A stretch of DNA of 64,000 bases from the NCBI GenBank assembly GCA_963796275.1, contig CAWCKY010000006.1, positions 992,001 through 1,056,000 on the forward strand. The letters run 5' to 3'. This DNA comes from an uncultured Acidobacteriota bacterium. Its GTDB lineage: Bacteria > Acidobacteriota > Blastocatellia > RBC074. This document shows, piece after piece, positions 32,707-43,093 of the stretch. The notes beneath the pieces were generated by a model. That model saw only the letters and a list, made by a program, of their open reading frames with translations. It was not told where the DNA came from and searched no databases. How positions within the stretch are numbered: the first letter of the stretch is position 1; each line of letters begins with the position of its first letter. The translations under genes and the position numbers were made by a program.

Positions 32707-33347
32707 ATGAATCGCAGATAAACGAACTCGCTCAGAAGATCTGGGATTATCACCATCTGAACCATCAATTGGAAAAGAGCGAGATCATCCTTGCGCTGGG
32801 GAGCAATGATCTGCGGGTGGCTGAGCATGCGGCTGATCTCTATCTGCAGGGTTGGGCGCCATGGTCGATGTTTTCGGGTAATGCCGGCATGTTGACCAGA
32901 GATCGGTTCAGCAATTCCGAAGCGGAGACTTTTGCCGCCATCGCAATCTCGAAAGGGGTGCCGGAGCAATCGATATTGATCGAGCCGGAGTCGACCAATA
33001 CTGGCGAGAACGTGATCTTCAGCCGCCGGCTGCTCGAGCGTCGCGGGTTCGCACCGAAGAGTTTCATCCTCGTGCAAAAGCCCTATATGGAACGCAGGTC
33101 CTATGCGACTTTTCTGAATTTCTGGCCGGGCACCCGTCTGATCGTGTCATCTCCGCTCATTTCATTTGCCGATTACCCGACCGCAGAGTTGCCCAGAGAT
33201 CTGGTCATAAATATTATGGTCGGCGATCTGCAGCGTATTAAAGTCTATCCCCAAAAAGGTTTTCAGATCGAACAGGATATCCCGCCCGACATCTGGCAGG
33301 CTTTTGAGAACCTGGTTGCTCTCGGATATAAAAAGCATTTAATCTGA
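32703..33347 (+). CDS. DUF218 (YdcF/ElyC/SanA-like) protein
   Basis: ALGS, SGN, ESTNTGENV and VQKPYMERR motifs; ATGA overlap with the upstream gene. Confidence 0.82.
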   Translation: MNESQINELAQKIWDYHHLNHQLEKSEIILALGSNDLRVAEHAADLYLQGWAPWSMFSGNAGMLTRDRFSNSEAETFAAIAISKGVPEQSILIEPESTNTGENVIFSRRLLERRGFAPKSFILVQKPYMERRSYATFLNFWPGTRLIVSSPLISFADYPTAELPRDLVINIMVGDLQRIKVYPQKGFQIEQDIPPDIWQAFENLVALGYKKHLI

Positions 33348-33500
33348 AATAGACAGAGGGGCAGAAAGGCGGATTGTTTTCTCCTTTCCACGCATATCTC
33401 TTATCTCTCTCTGTGGCTGTTCTCTTATCTATGTTATTATTGAGATTGTATTATCCCGAATTCGTTTCTCTTATGTACAACATAAGGCTGAATTACTTAA

Positions 33501-34109
33501 ATGTTATACCCAAATAGACCTCCGGTTCACGCATCGCTTTGCCTCATACTTTTATTGTCCGCGTCAATCTCATTCTCATCATGTTCGAAAGGGAATGTGA
33601 CGGGTGGAGATAATTCGGCGGCTTCTGCCTATAAGAAGCCGTATCCGGCGCCGACTCCGGTCAATACCAAAATCAATGAGCATAGCATTCGCCTGCTCGA
33701 CGGGGGAGAGGCCAAAATCACTGATCTGGTCGGCAATAATAAAGTCGTGCTGGTCAATTTCTGGGCAACCTGGTGCAATCCTTGCAGGGTCGAGATACCT
33801 GAATTGATAGCATTGCAGCAAGATTTCAAAGATAAGGGCGTCGAGGTAATCGGGCTGACGATTGAAGACCCTGCGATGATGCAGGAAGGCGTGAAGGCGT
33901 TCGCTGAGCGGGCGAAAATAAATTACAAGATCGGATTTTCATCTGAGGAGCTGTTTATGCTCTTCAATGGAACCGACCCGCAAAGCGTGATACCGCAGAC
34001 CTTTATTTTCGATCGCAGCGGCAAACTTGTTGACAGGTTAAAAGGCTTTCGCCGAGACTTTCGCAATCGGGTGGAAGGCGCTCTCAATCACGCTCTCAAT
34101 AATTCCTGA
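33501..34109 (+). CDS. TlpA/ResA-family thiol:disulfide oxidoreductase lipoprotein
   Basis: Lipobox-like FSSC; [10 protein letters not shown]; IPQTF. Confidence 0.87.
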   Translation: MLYPNRPPVHASLCLILLLSASISFSSCSKGNVTGGDNSAASAYKKPYPAPTPVNTKINEHSIRLLDGGEAKITDLVGNNKVVLVNFWATWCNPCRVEIPELIALQQDFKDKGVEVIGLTIEDPAMMQEGVKAFAERAKINYKIGFSSEELFMLFNGTDPQSVIPQTFIFDRSGKLVDRLKGFRRDFRNRVEGALNHALNNS

Positions 34110-34114
34110 TCTTT

Positions 34115-36591
34115 ATGGACAACCAGCAGAAACAAGCTATCAATATTGAAGATGAAATGCGGCGTAGCTACCTGGACTACGCCATGTCGGTCATCATCGG
34201 CCGCGCGCTGCCTGACGTGCGCGACGGTCTGAAGCCCGTGCATCGCCGCATACTTTACTCGATGAATGAGAAGGGTTTGGTTCCGGGCAAGCCCTACAAG
34301 AAGTCGGCCAACGTCGTCGGCGATGTGCTCGGCGGCTATCACCCTCACGGCGATAGCCCGGTCTATGACGCGATGGTGCGAATGGCGCAGGATTTCTCGT
34401 TGCGCTATCCACTTATTGACGGGCAGGGGAACTGGGGCAGCGTTGATGGGGACTCGGCGGCCGCTTATCGTTATACGGAAGCCAGGCTCACGCGCATCGC
34501 CACGGAGCTGCTGGCGGACATAGAAAAAGAGACTGTCAAATTTGTACCCAACTATGATGAGACGAGGCAGGAGCCGGTCGTTCTGCCGACGCGCATCCCG
34601 AATCTGCTCATTAACGGCTCGGATGGGATCGCGGTTGGAATGGCGACGAAGATCCCCCGCATAACCTGACCGAGATAGTCGAAGCGACGATCCACCTGAT
34701 ACAGCATCCCAACGCCAAAACCGAAGATTTGATGAAGCTTGTGCCGGGGCCTGATTTCCCCACAGGCGGGTTCATCTACGGGCGGGAAGGGATAAAGCAG
34801 GCCTACGAGACGGGGCGCGGGGTCATGCAGCTCCGCGCGCGAGCGGCGATCGACAAGATCGGTCGCGGCTCACTGGAGCGCGACGCGATCGTCATCACAG
34901 AAATACCGTTTCAGGTCAATAAGGCCAAACTCATCGAGGCGATCGCAGACCTGGTCAACAACAAGAAGGTCGAAGGCATCTCGGAGATCAGGGATGAAAC
35001 GGACCGCGAGAGCACGGCGCAGAAGAAGGTCCGCATCGTCATCGAACTCAAGCGCGATGCCGTGCCGCAGATCATACTCAATAAGCTTTACAAGATGACG
35101 CAGATGCAGATCTCTTTCGGCGTCATCAATTTGGCGATCGTCAACGGCCAGCCGAAGGTTTTGTCGCTGTGTGAGACGCTCAACGAATTCGTCGCCTTCC
35201 GCCGCGAGGTCGTGCGCAACCGCACGTTGTACGACCTCAAGAAGGCCAAGATGCGCGCCCATATTTTGGAAGGGCTGAAGAAGGCGATCGACATCATCGA
35301 CCAGATCATCAAGCTCATTCGCGCATCTAAATCGACGGACGACGCGAAAGAGGGGCTCGTCCGGCAGTTCAAGTTTTCGGAGATTCAGGCGCAGGCGATC
35401 CTCGACATGCAGCTACGCAGGCTGGCGGCTCTCGAGCGGCAAAAGATCATCGACGAATATGAAGAAGTCATCAAGCTGATCGCCGAGCTCGAAGAGATAT
35501 TGGCGAACGAGCGGGTTCTCAGGAACGTGATCATCAAGGAGCTGCGTGCGGTTCAGAAGGACTATGCGGACGAGCGCCGGACGCAGATCGTCGATAGCGG
35601 GGTCGAGCTGACGCTCGAGGACCTGATCGCCGATGAAGATGTAGTGATCACGTTGACCCACTCGGGCTACGTCAAACGGACCCCGCTCACGGCCTATCGT
35701 TCGCAGCGCCGCGGGGGGACGGGCAGGAAGGGGATGAGCACGCGCTCTGAGGATGTCGTTTCTCATATCTTCATAGCCTCGACGCACAGCTATCTCATGG
35801 TTTTCACCAGTTCGGGGATGGTTTACAAGCTCAAGGTTCACGAGATACCCGATTCCATGGCCGCGGGGCGCGGAAAGGCGATCGTCAATCTGATCAATTT
35901 ACCGGGGAACGAACAGATAGCAGGCGTCATTCCGGTACGGACCTTCGCCGAGGGACAATACGCGGCGATGGTTACCCGACTGGGGATCATCAAGAAGACC
36001 GAGTTGTCGGAATTCGCCAACATCCGCGCGAACGGCATCATAGCGATGGGCGTGGATGAAGGCGACGAGTTGATTTCGGTCGAGCTGACGAACGGTAAGA
36101 TGAAGATCTTCATCGCCACTAACGACGGGATGGCAATCTGCTTCGAGGAAGAGGCAGTGCGCGACATGGGGCGTCAGGCTCGCGGCGTGCGCGGCATCAC
36201 GCTGCGCGAAGGTGATTTTGTGGTCAGCGTCGTTGCGGTGACCGGCGATGAGCAGATGCTGACTGTCACCAGTAACGGTTTCGGTAAACAGACCGAGCTA
36301 AGTGAATACCGCGTCACCGGCCGCGGGGGCAAAGGTGTGATTAACATCAAGACGACCGATAAGAATGGAAAAGTGATCGCCGTCATGCCGGTGACGAAAG
36401 AGAGTGAAGTGTTGATCATCACATCGCAGGGCAAATTGATAAGACTCGAGGCCGAAAAGATCCGCGCCACTGGCCGGAGCGCTCAAGGCGTTAAATTGAT
36501 CGATACTTCAAGTGGCGATCTGGCTGCCAGCGCTTCGCTGGTCGAGCAACAGACCGGTCAAGTAGTTGTAGAGGCCGAGGCCGAGAAGTAG
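34115..36591 (+). CDS. gyrA: DNA gyrase subunit A, with an apparent -1 frameshift in a C-run at 34654-34658 (ORFs 34115-34669 and 34729-36591)
   Basis: [24 protein letters not shown], catalytic RYTE, GyrA box QRRGGTG, C-terminal pinwheel repeats. Adding one C restores MATKIPPHNLTE. Confidence 0.95.
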
Positions 36592-36660
36592 TGCCGAGAA
36601 GTAGTAATATCGTGCAATTATACGGCTACCCATCAAATATATTTATAAACCAAGTAACGA

Positions 36661-37557
36661 ATGCTGGGAATGGTGAGTCTCGATCATATTCAATCTCCAA
36701 TAAGCAGAGCATCAGACGGCAAGCGCCTATATTTTTGCCTATTACCGTTTGCCTTTTTCATTTTGCTCTCACTATCCGCCTGTTCACCACGTGCGCTGCT
36801 CGATCAGGCACAAGCCGCCTGGGATGGCGGCGATTATGCGATAGCTGCAGAACGATACGAAAGGTTTCTGAGGGATAATCCGCAGAGCGAAAAAGCGGCA
36901 TACGCGCGGTTCCGCGTCGCCATGATCTGCTATCGCGACCTCAAGCAGTACGACCGGGCGATTCAACATTACATTCAATTCATAGAAGATTTTCCGAAAT
37001 CGTCGGATCTCTTTCAGGCCCGGCTGCGTCTGGCGGAATGCTATGGGTTAAAGCGCAAGCGGCGCGAAGCGATGAATGAATATGAAATCGCTCTGCCGTC
37101 TGCGCCGGATGAGAAAGATAGAAGGCATGTGCGGTTCAGCATGGGAGAGTTATACTACGAGATGGATGAACTCGGACAGGCGCTTGTCGAATATAAAAAA
37201 GCGACGGGCGATTCCGAATACGACGATCTAACCGAACAGGCTTCATTGCGGCTGGGAGGCATCCGCTATTTGAGAAGCGAATACAAAGACGCCATCGCGG
37301 CATACGAGACAGTTGCGATGAACACAGAAGACCCATCGATCCGCCGGATCGCGCGTCTGGCGTTGGCGGATTGCTACGAACGCATGTCACAATATGACGT
37401 GGCAGTGAAATTGCTCGAAGCGACGGAGCCTGATTCCAAGTCGCCTGATTATATACAACAGCGTATTGCGTCTATTCGTGAGCTGCAGCTCCAGCGGAAT
37501 TTGGCAGTTCCATCATCACTCAGGCGTTCGAGAAGATTACAAACGAGACAGAATTAA
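36661..37557 (+). CDS. TPR lipoprotein (BamD/CpoB-like)
   Basis: Hydrophobic stretch ending LSAC; TPR motifs YIQFIEDFPKS and ARLALADCY. Start uncertain. Confidence 0.7.
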   Translation: MLGMVSLDHIQSPISRASDGKRLYFCLLPFAFFILLSLSACSPRALLDQAQAAWDGGDYAIAAERYERFLRDNPQSEKAAYARFRVAMICYRDLKQYDRAIQHYIQFIEDFPKSSDLFQARLRLAECYGLKRKRREAMNEYEIALPSAPDEKDRRHVRFSMGELYYEMDELGQALVEYKKATGDSEYDDLTEQASLRLGGIRYLRSEYKDAIAAYETVAMNTEDPSIRRIARLALADCYERMSQYDVAVKLLEATEPDSKSPDYIQQRIASIRELQLQRNLAVPSSLRRSRRLQTRQN

Positions 37558-37593
37558 CCCGATGCCGATCTTGCCATCATCATCCATTTATAC

Positions 37594-37947
37594 TTGAGGT
37601 TTTATATGCCGATGTTCAAAAGTCGCCGTCCGATGAAGAAGAAGCCCGCTGGGTCGAACAAATTCAGTAAGGCGAAGACGAAGAAGAAGAGAACTCCGCC
37701 CAAACGGGCCAAGAAGAAAATAGTAAAGCCGCCTCCGCCGAGTATTGAGAGCACGGGGATGGAATCGCTCTATCTCAAGGAGCTGATCGAAGATGAGAAG
37801 ATAGTGGTAGTTGTCTTGAACAACGGCGAGCAGGTGCGCGGTTATATCCGCTACTACGATCGCGATGTATTCAGCATCGGACCCCTCGACGGGGGGCCGA
37901 AGATCTTCATCCGCAAAACGGGAGTCCGGTATTTGTTCGAAGAGTGA
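37594..37947 (+). CDS. hfq: Hfq/LSm-fold protein with Lys/Arg-rich N-terminal extension
   Basis: YLKELIE helix, Sm1-like VVVVLNNGEQVRGYIRYYD, Sm2-like IFIRKTGVRY. Start may be ATG 37606. Confidence 0.6.
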   Translation: MRFYMPMFKSRRPMKKKPAGSNKFSKAKTKKKRTPPKRAKKKIVKPPPPSIESTGMESLYLKELIEDEKIVVVVLNNGEQVRGYIRYYDRDVFSIGPLDGGPKIFIRKTGVRYLFEE

Positions 37948-38036
37948 TAGGTGCAAGGTTCGGGTGTGGCGGCGTTCATTGGTCACGTTCATTGGTCAGT
38001 TGATAGTTGAGCGATAATCGACCACGAAGGAACGGA

Positions 38037-38111
38037 GAAAATGTAGGGCGGGTTTTCTTGCCCGCCTATGTCTGGGAGCAGGGCAGGTAGGGTAACCTGC
38101 CCCACATTTTC
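38037..38111. repeat. GT(A/G)G-type REP doublet immediately before the RBS
   Basis: GAAAATGTAGGGCGGGTTTTCTTGCCCGCC is inverted relative to GGCAGGTAGGGTAACCTGCCCCACATTTTC. Confidence 0.65.
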
Positions 38112-38123
38112 TGAGGAGAAGCG

Positions 38124-40007
38124 ATGAATTTCAGACTCACCATCTATTTTGCCTGCTTGTTCTCGGCTATCGTACTCATTGTTCCCCCATCGATCGCGCA
38201 AGAAATCCAGATCGCACCGCAGGTGAACGAGCAGGAAGCGGAGGAAGAGAAAAAAGCGCAGGCGGAACTGGAAAGGAAAGCCCTCGTTTTTCTCGAACAA
38301 CTGATCTCGGAATCCACCTCGCTGTCTCTGGCCGAAAATCGTGTCTTCGCCCAGGCGAAAGCCGTCGAACTGTTCTGGAAGCACGACGAAACGCGAGCCC
38401 GGGCTCTTGCTCGCGAAGTGATGAGTCAAATCGTCGCCTTCAATTCCGAGCTGACGCCGGCGATGGAACAAGACACCTCTCTGCCGTCCGTTCAGCAGTT
38501 GCATGTTCGTTCCGGAAACATTGGAGGCATGCGCAATCAGCTTTTGAGCTTCCTCTCGACAGTAGACAGCAAGCTTGCGCTCGAATTCCTGCGCGCGACG
38601 CGGCGACCGAATCCCACGGATCCTCGAATGGGCGGCGATCGCAACCAGGAAAAATATATCGAATATCAACTTGCTGCGCAGGTTGCGGGGAATGATCCCC
38701 AGATGTCATATCAGATGGCGGAAGAGCTGATCAGGAACGGGCTCGATTATCAAGTTTTCTCTATCCTCAACAATTTACGGACCAAGGACCCACAACTAGG
38801 GGCCCGTCTGGCGACCTCTGTTGTGGAAAAGATCAAATCGACAGATTTGCTATCCGGCTACGACAATATCAATTTCGCAAATCAGATGATTCAATATCTG
38901 AAGTCGCAGATGGTTCAGACTACCAATGCGCAGAAAGGCATCGCATCTACGTCGCCCGCGATGCCGGATGCGCAACAGGCATATCGCGATGTGCTGAACT
39001 CCTATGTCAGCGCGGCGCTCAAACTGACCTCCAAGACTCTGGTGAGTCCGCAGGAAGCCGATAAAGGGCGCAATCTTTTGCGGAACATCAAGGGCTATTT
39101 GCCCGATGTCGAAACACATCTGCCCTCCCGCGCTACCGCATTACGCGCCAAGCTGAAGGAATTCGACGATGCCATTTATTACTCTTCTCACGAGAAGTAT
39201 TACATGGAATACAACGAGAAGATGCAGAACAAGTCGTCACAAGAGCTGATGACGATGGCGACCTCCGCTCCGCAAGAGGTGCGAGATTTTATATATCAGC
39301 AGGCAGTGCAGAAAGCGGTGGATAATGGGGATAAGGAGGCTGCTCGGAAAATCGCGAGGGAAAATCTCTCAAATCAGTCATTCGCTAATCAGATCATCGC
39401 CAACAGCGAACGCCAGGCGGCCGAACGCGCGGCCGGCGAGGGAAATTTTGACGAGGCGCTGAGATTGTTAGCCCAATTTGGGTTCGAGCAGGAGAAGGCG
39501 AATACGCTGGCGCGCTGGGCATCATCGGCATCTTCCAGGGGTGACGAGAAGACGGCCCGCCAGTTACTGGATGAAGCCAGGGGCCTATTGGGAGGAAAGG
39601 TGCAGACGCGCCAGCAGATCGATGCACAGGGTTCCATCGCAGTCGCCTACCTCAAGATCGATCCCGAGGTCAGCTTCGAACTGGTTGAGCGCGCTATCGA
39701 GCGGCTCAATGAAGTCATTGCCGCGCAACTGGAGCTGAATACTTTCAATGGAGGCAAGGAAGGCGAGCAATACATGGGATCCGGTGAGATCTCAAATGCA
39801 AACGCGATCAATTTCGGTTACATCGGCCCTGAGCTTATGCGTAAGGATTTCGAGCGGACCGTCAGCCTGCTCGATCGGTGGCAGTTGAAGGAAGCGAAGA
39901 TTATGGTCAGCCTCGGAGTCCTTCAGAACCTGTTGAGCAATCGAAGAGGAATGCACATGAACCGTCGTATCTATGGTACCGCACAACCGCAAATGAGAGT
40001 CCGATGA
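38124..40007 (+). CDS. Secreted alpha-helical hypothetical protein
   Basis: SD GAGGAG; signal peptide ending PSIA-QE; 627 aa with solenoid-like helical composition. Confidence 0.75.
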   Translation: MNFRLTIYFACLFSAIVLIVPPSIAQEIQIAPQVNEQEAEEEKKAQAELERKALVFLEQLISESTSLSLAENRVFAQAKAVELFWKHDETRARALAREVMSQIVAFNSELTPAMEQDTSLPSVQQLHVRSGNIGGMRNQLLSFLSTVDSKLALEFLRATRRPNPTDPRMGGDRNQEKYIEYQLAAQVAGNDPQMSYQMAEELIRNGLDYQVFSILNNLRTKDPQLGARLATSVVEKIKSTDLLSGYDNINFANQMIQYLKSQMVQTTNAQKGIASTSPAMPDAQQAYRDVLNSYVSAALKLTSKTLVSPQEADKGRNLLRNIKGYLPDVETHLPSRATALRAKLKEFDDAIYYSSHEKYYMEYNEKMQNKSSQELMTMATSAPQEVRDFIYQQAVQKAVDNGDKEAARKIARENLSNQSFANQIIANSERQAAERAAGEGNFDEALRLLAQFGFEQEKANTLARWASSASSRGDEKTARQLLDEARGLLGGKVQTRQQIDAQGSIAVAYLKIDPEVSFELVERAIERLNEVIAAQLELNTFNGGKEGEQYMGSGEISNANAINFGYIGPELMRKDFERTVSLLDRWQLKEAKIMVSLGVLQNLLSNRRGMHMNRRIYGTAQPQMRVR

Positions 40008-40099
40008 ACGTGGCGGTTCTTTTGATAGAATCAGGTCGCGCACGACATTCGCGGGTTATTCGCTACTAGATACCTGGATACGGGAAAGGGACTCCAGAC

Positions 40100-41992
40100 T
40101 TATTTCAACACTCCAACCTTCAAATGTGAGCTCAACCTCGCCGATCGATAGATGCGATGAGTAGCCTTCTGGAAATCGGACTCGGTAGCGTGATAGATAT
40201 CCACAAATTTCTGGGGATTGCGATCGACCAGTGGGAACCAGCTGCTCTGCACCTGCACCATGATCCGGTGTCCTGCTTTGAAGGTGTGATGTACATCCTG
40301 TAGATAGAATTTCACTTCAGCCGGTTTATCGGAAACGAAAGGTTCCGGTTTTGAAAAACTGTTGCGGAATTTGCCACGCATCACCTCCGCGCGGACGAGC
40401 ATCTGAAATCCTCTCATATTCGTGTTCTGACTAAGAGCCGTATTTTTCGTATCATCGGCCGGATAGACGTCGATTAATTTCACTATGAAATCGGCGTCGG
40501 TCCCGGTCGTTGAGACGAAAAGATCGGCGGTGATGGGGCCTGCCAGCGTCAGGTCTTCGGTGAGTTGATCGGTTTGGTAGGTAAGCACATCGGGTCGTTT
40601 GGACGAGAAGCGCTGGTCTTCGATCATGTAACCCGTCCCACGGGTTCTGACCTTTTCACTGGTGTAAGGCACCGGGTTGTTCGGGTCGCTGACATACTCG
40701 TCATAAGATTCATTCGTCTCGCTCGGCTCTTCGAATGAGAGCCTCCCGCTCGCGCGCATATAAAGGGAGCGCGATTCGAGCTCTTTCGGTGGCCATCGCT
40801 CGAAATTTTTCCATTCGTTCGATCCCGTGCGAAAAACCGTCGCCTCCGCCATTTTCCCTTCGCCCCTCCCTTTCAAATAGTAGCTAAAGAAGGGAAACTC
40901 TATCTTTTCGCGATACCATTCGGCGGTCTTTGCATTGAAACGAATGCTGCCGAGCGCTGCGCCGGTCCCCTGCGACCACCCGCCGTGGGACCAGGGCCCC
41001 ATCACCAGGAGGTTATTCGTCATCGGATTATTTTTCTCGATCGTCTGATAGATGTTCAGCGCGCCGTAAAGATTTTCGGCGTCGAACCATCCGCCCACGA
41101 TCAGGACGGCCGGAGTGACATTCTTCAGGTGCGGGAGAAGGTTTCGGGCCTGCCAGAACTGATCATAGGTTCCGTGCGCTGTCACGTCGTTCCAGTACTT
41201 GTTCCGCCCCTTGAAATACAGCTTCTGAGCATTCGCAATTGGCCCGAGTTCCATGAAGAATCGATAGGCGTCGGCAGCTCCGAAATCGAAGGTCCGAAAC
41301 TGGTCCTGCGTAGGCCGCGGGCGCGGCATGCCGAATATCATATTGAAGTAGAAACTATCGAAGACGAAGAAAGCGCCATTGTGGTGATCGTCATCGCCGA
41401 TGAACCAGTCTGCGATCGGTGCCTGTGGCGATGCCGCTTTGAGCGCAGGATGCGCGTCAATCAGCGCCGTCGCCGCGTAGAAGCCCGGATACGATATCCC
41501 CCAGATCCCGACGCGCCCGTTGTGGTTCGGGATATTTTTGAGCAACCATTCAATCGTATCGTGAGTATCGCTCGACTCGTCGATATCGCCTTTCGCACGC
41601 TTGTTCGGAATATGGGGGCGGACATCTTCAAATTCGCCCTCGGACATAAAAGTGCCGCGCACATCCTGATAAACGAAGATATAACCATCATCCATAAAAA
41701 GCGGCGAAGGCCCGAGCGATGAGCGGTGCGCTTGACCGTAAGGACCCGCGCTGTATGGAGTGCGGTTAATCAGTATCGGATATTTTTGCGATGAATCCCT
41801 GGGCGTGTAAATGACGGTGAAAAGCTTCTTCCCGTCGCGCATCGGGATCTGGCGCTCCGACTTGTCATAACCCCCTGTCGCCGAGTTTTGGGCGGCCGTT
41901 CGCATCTGCGGCGAGCGGTTGAAGAGAGAAAGACCAAACAAGATGGCGATCGATGCCAGAAAGAGCGCAAAAGATTGGTTGAGTTTCTTCAA
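40100..41992 (-). CDS. CocE/NonD-family (S15) hydrolase, alpha-amino-acid ester hydrolase/glutaryl-7-ACA acylase-like
   Basis: IPMRDG, RTPY, QDVRG, nucleophile GISYPG, GWFDAE, GPWSHG; C-terminal SSWFPLVDRNPQ; TTG start after SD AGGAG. Confidence 0.9.
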   Translation of the reverse strand: MKKLNQSFALFLASIAILFGLSLFNRSPQMRTAAQNSATGGYDKSERQIPMRDGKKLFTVIYTPRDSSQKYPILINRTPYSAGPYGQAHRSSLGPSPLFMDDGYIFVYQDVRGTFMSEGEFEDVRPHIPNKRAKGDIDESSDTHDTIEWLLKNIPNHNGRVGIWGISYPGFYAATALIDAHPALKAASPQAPIADWFIGDDDHHNGAFFVFDSFYFNMIFGMPRPRPTQDQFRTFDFGAADAYRFFMELGPIANAQKLYFKGRNKYWNDVTAHGTYDQFWQARNLLPHLKNVTPAVLIVGGWFDAENLYGALNIYQTIEKNNPMTNNLLVMGPWSHGGWSQGTGAALGSIRFNAKTAEWYREKIEFPFFSYYLKGRGEGKMAEATVFRTGSNEWKNFERWPPKELESRSLYMRASGRLSFEEPSETNESYDEYVSDPNNPVPYTSEKVRTRGTGYMIEDQRFSSKRPDVLTYQTDQLTEDLTLAGPITADLFVSTTGTDADFIVKLIDVYPADDTKNTALSQNTNMRGFQMLVRAEVMRGKFRNSFSKPEPFVSDKPAEVKFYLQDVHHTFKAGHRIMVQVQSSWFPLVDRNPQKFVDIYHATESDFQKATHRIYRSARLSSHLKVGVLK

Positions 41993-42049
41993 TGATTCTC
42001 CTTAAGAATTGGCTCGGAGCCAGGGCTTACCCGCTTGGAGTACCCGATT

Positions 42050-42674
42050 GGAGTTCCGCGTTTACGCGGTCTTTATAATTTCGGATGATTTCCAGACCGC
42101 CTGAAGGCGGAACTCCCAACATCGCGTTTGGAGTTCCGCGTTTACGCGGTCTTTATAATTTCGGATGATTTCCAGACCGCCTGAAGGCGGAACTCCCAAC
42201 ATCGCGTTTGGAGTTCCGCGTTTACGCGGTCTTATAATTTCGGATGATTTCCAGACCGCTTGAAGGCGGAACTCCCAACATCGCGTTTGGAGTTCCGCGT
42301 TTACGCGGTCTTATAATTTCGGATGATTTCCAGACCGCCTGAAGGCGGAACTCCCAACATCGCGTTTGGAGTTCCGCGTTTACGCGGTCTTATAATTTCG
42401 GATGATTTCCAGACCGCCTGAAGGCGGAACTCCCAACATCGCGTTTGGAGTTCCGCGTTTACGCGGTCTTATAATTTCGGATGATTTCCCGACCGCCTGA
42501 AGGCGGAACTCCCAACATCGCGTTTGGAGTTCCGCGTTTACGCGGTCTTATAATTTCGGATGATTTCCAGACCGCCTGAAGGCGGAACTCCCAACATCGC
42601 GTTTGGAGTTCCGCGTTTACGCGGTCTTATAATTTCGGATGATTTCCAGACCGCCTGTAGGCGGAACTCCCAAC
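42050..42674. repeat. Tandem array of eight 79-80 bp units, each an inverted REP doublet (BIME-like)
   Basis: Units start at 42051, 42131, 42211, 42290, 42369, 42448, 42527 and 42606. Each is GGAGTTCCGCGTTTACGCGGTC, a 22-23 nt spacer, GACCGCCTGAAGGCGGAACTCC, then CAACATCGCGTTT. Confidence 0.92.
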
Positions 42675-43093
42675 TCGTAACTCCCAACTCGTAACTCCAA
42701 ATCTTTCTAAACTCCACCGCCTGAAGGCGGAACTTCAAACTCCAGACTCTATTCTATTGGATCTACTGGATCGGGTGTAACTTCTTGTTAAATTTGTGCC
42801 ACAAACCAGTAACCTGATCCTGAATTATCACGTACATGGGTGTACTCACTGAGAAATCGCCAATTGATTTCTTCAGAGGGGTATCCTCCTGTAGAGCCGC
42901 TCAGATAGGACGAAATCTGAGCGGCCATTTTTATAAGACCTGGCTTTAAAAAAGTGTCCCGCTTGTTGTATCATTTGGATAAGTTTCACACGGATTTATT
43001 ACCCCCTGCGCATCAGAGTGTGATATTCGAGATGCAGGGGGAAAAGATTTATCAGGGCGACGTTTGGTTGCCAACTCTAAGGAGCCTATATAG

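Noticed and set aside
34654-34658. Programmed frameshift or genuinely split gyrA
   Set aside because: A one-C loss in a homopolymer within the conserved IPPHN motif, plus three other indels in the window, favours sequence error.
42050-42674. CRISPR array
   Set aside because: The whole 79-80 bp unit repeats, with no unique spacers and no cas genes in the window.
42538-42738. 66-aa ORF in the repeat array
   Set aside because: A translation of repeat DNA with no RBS or domain support.
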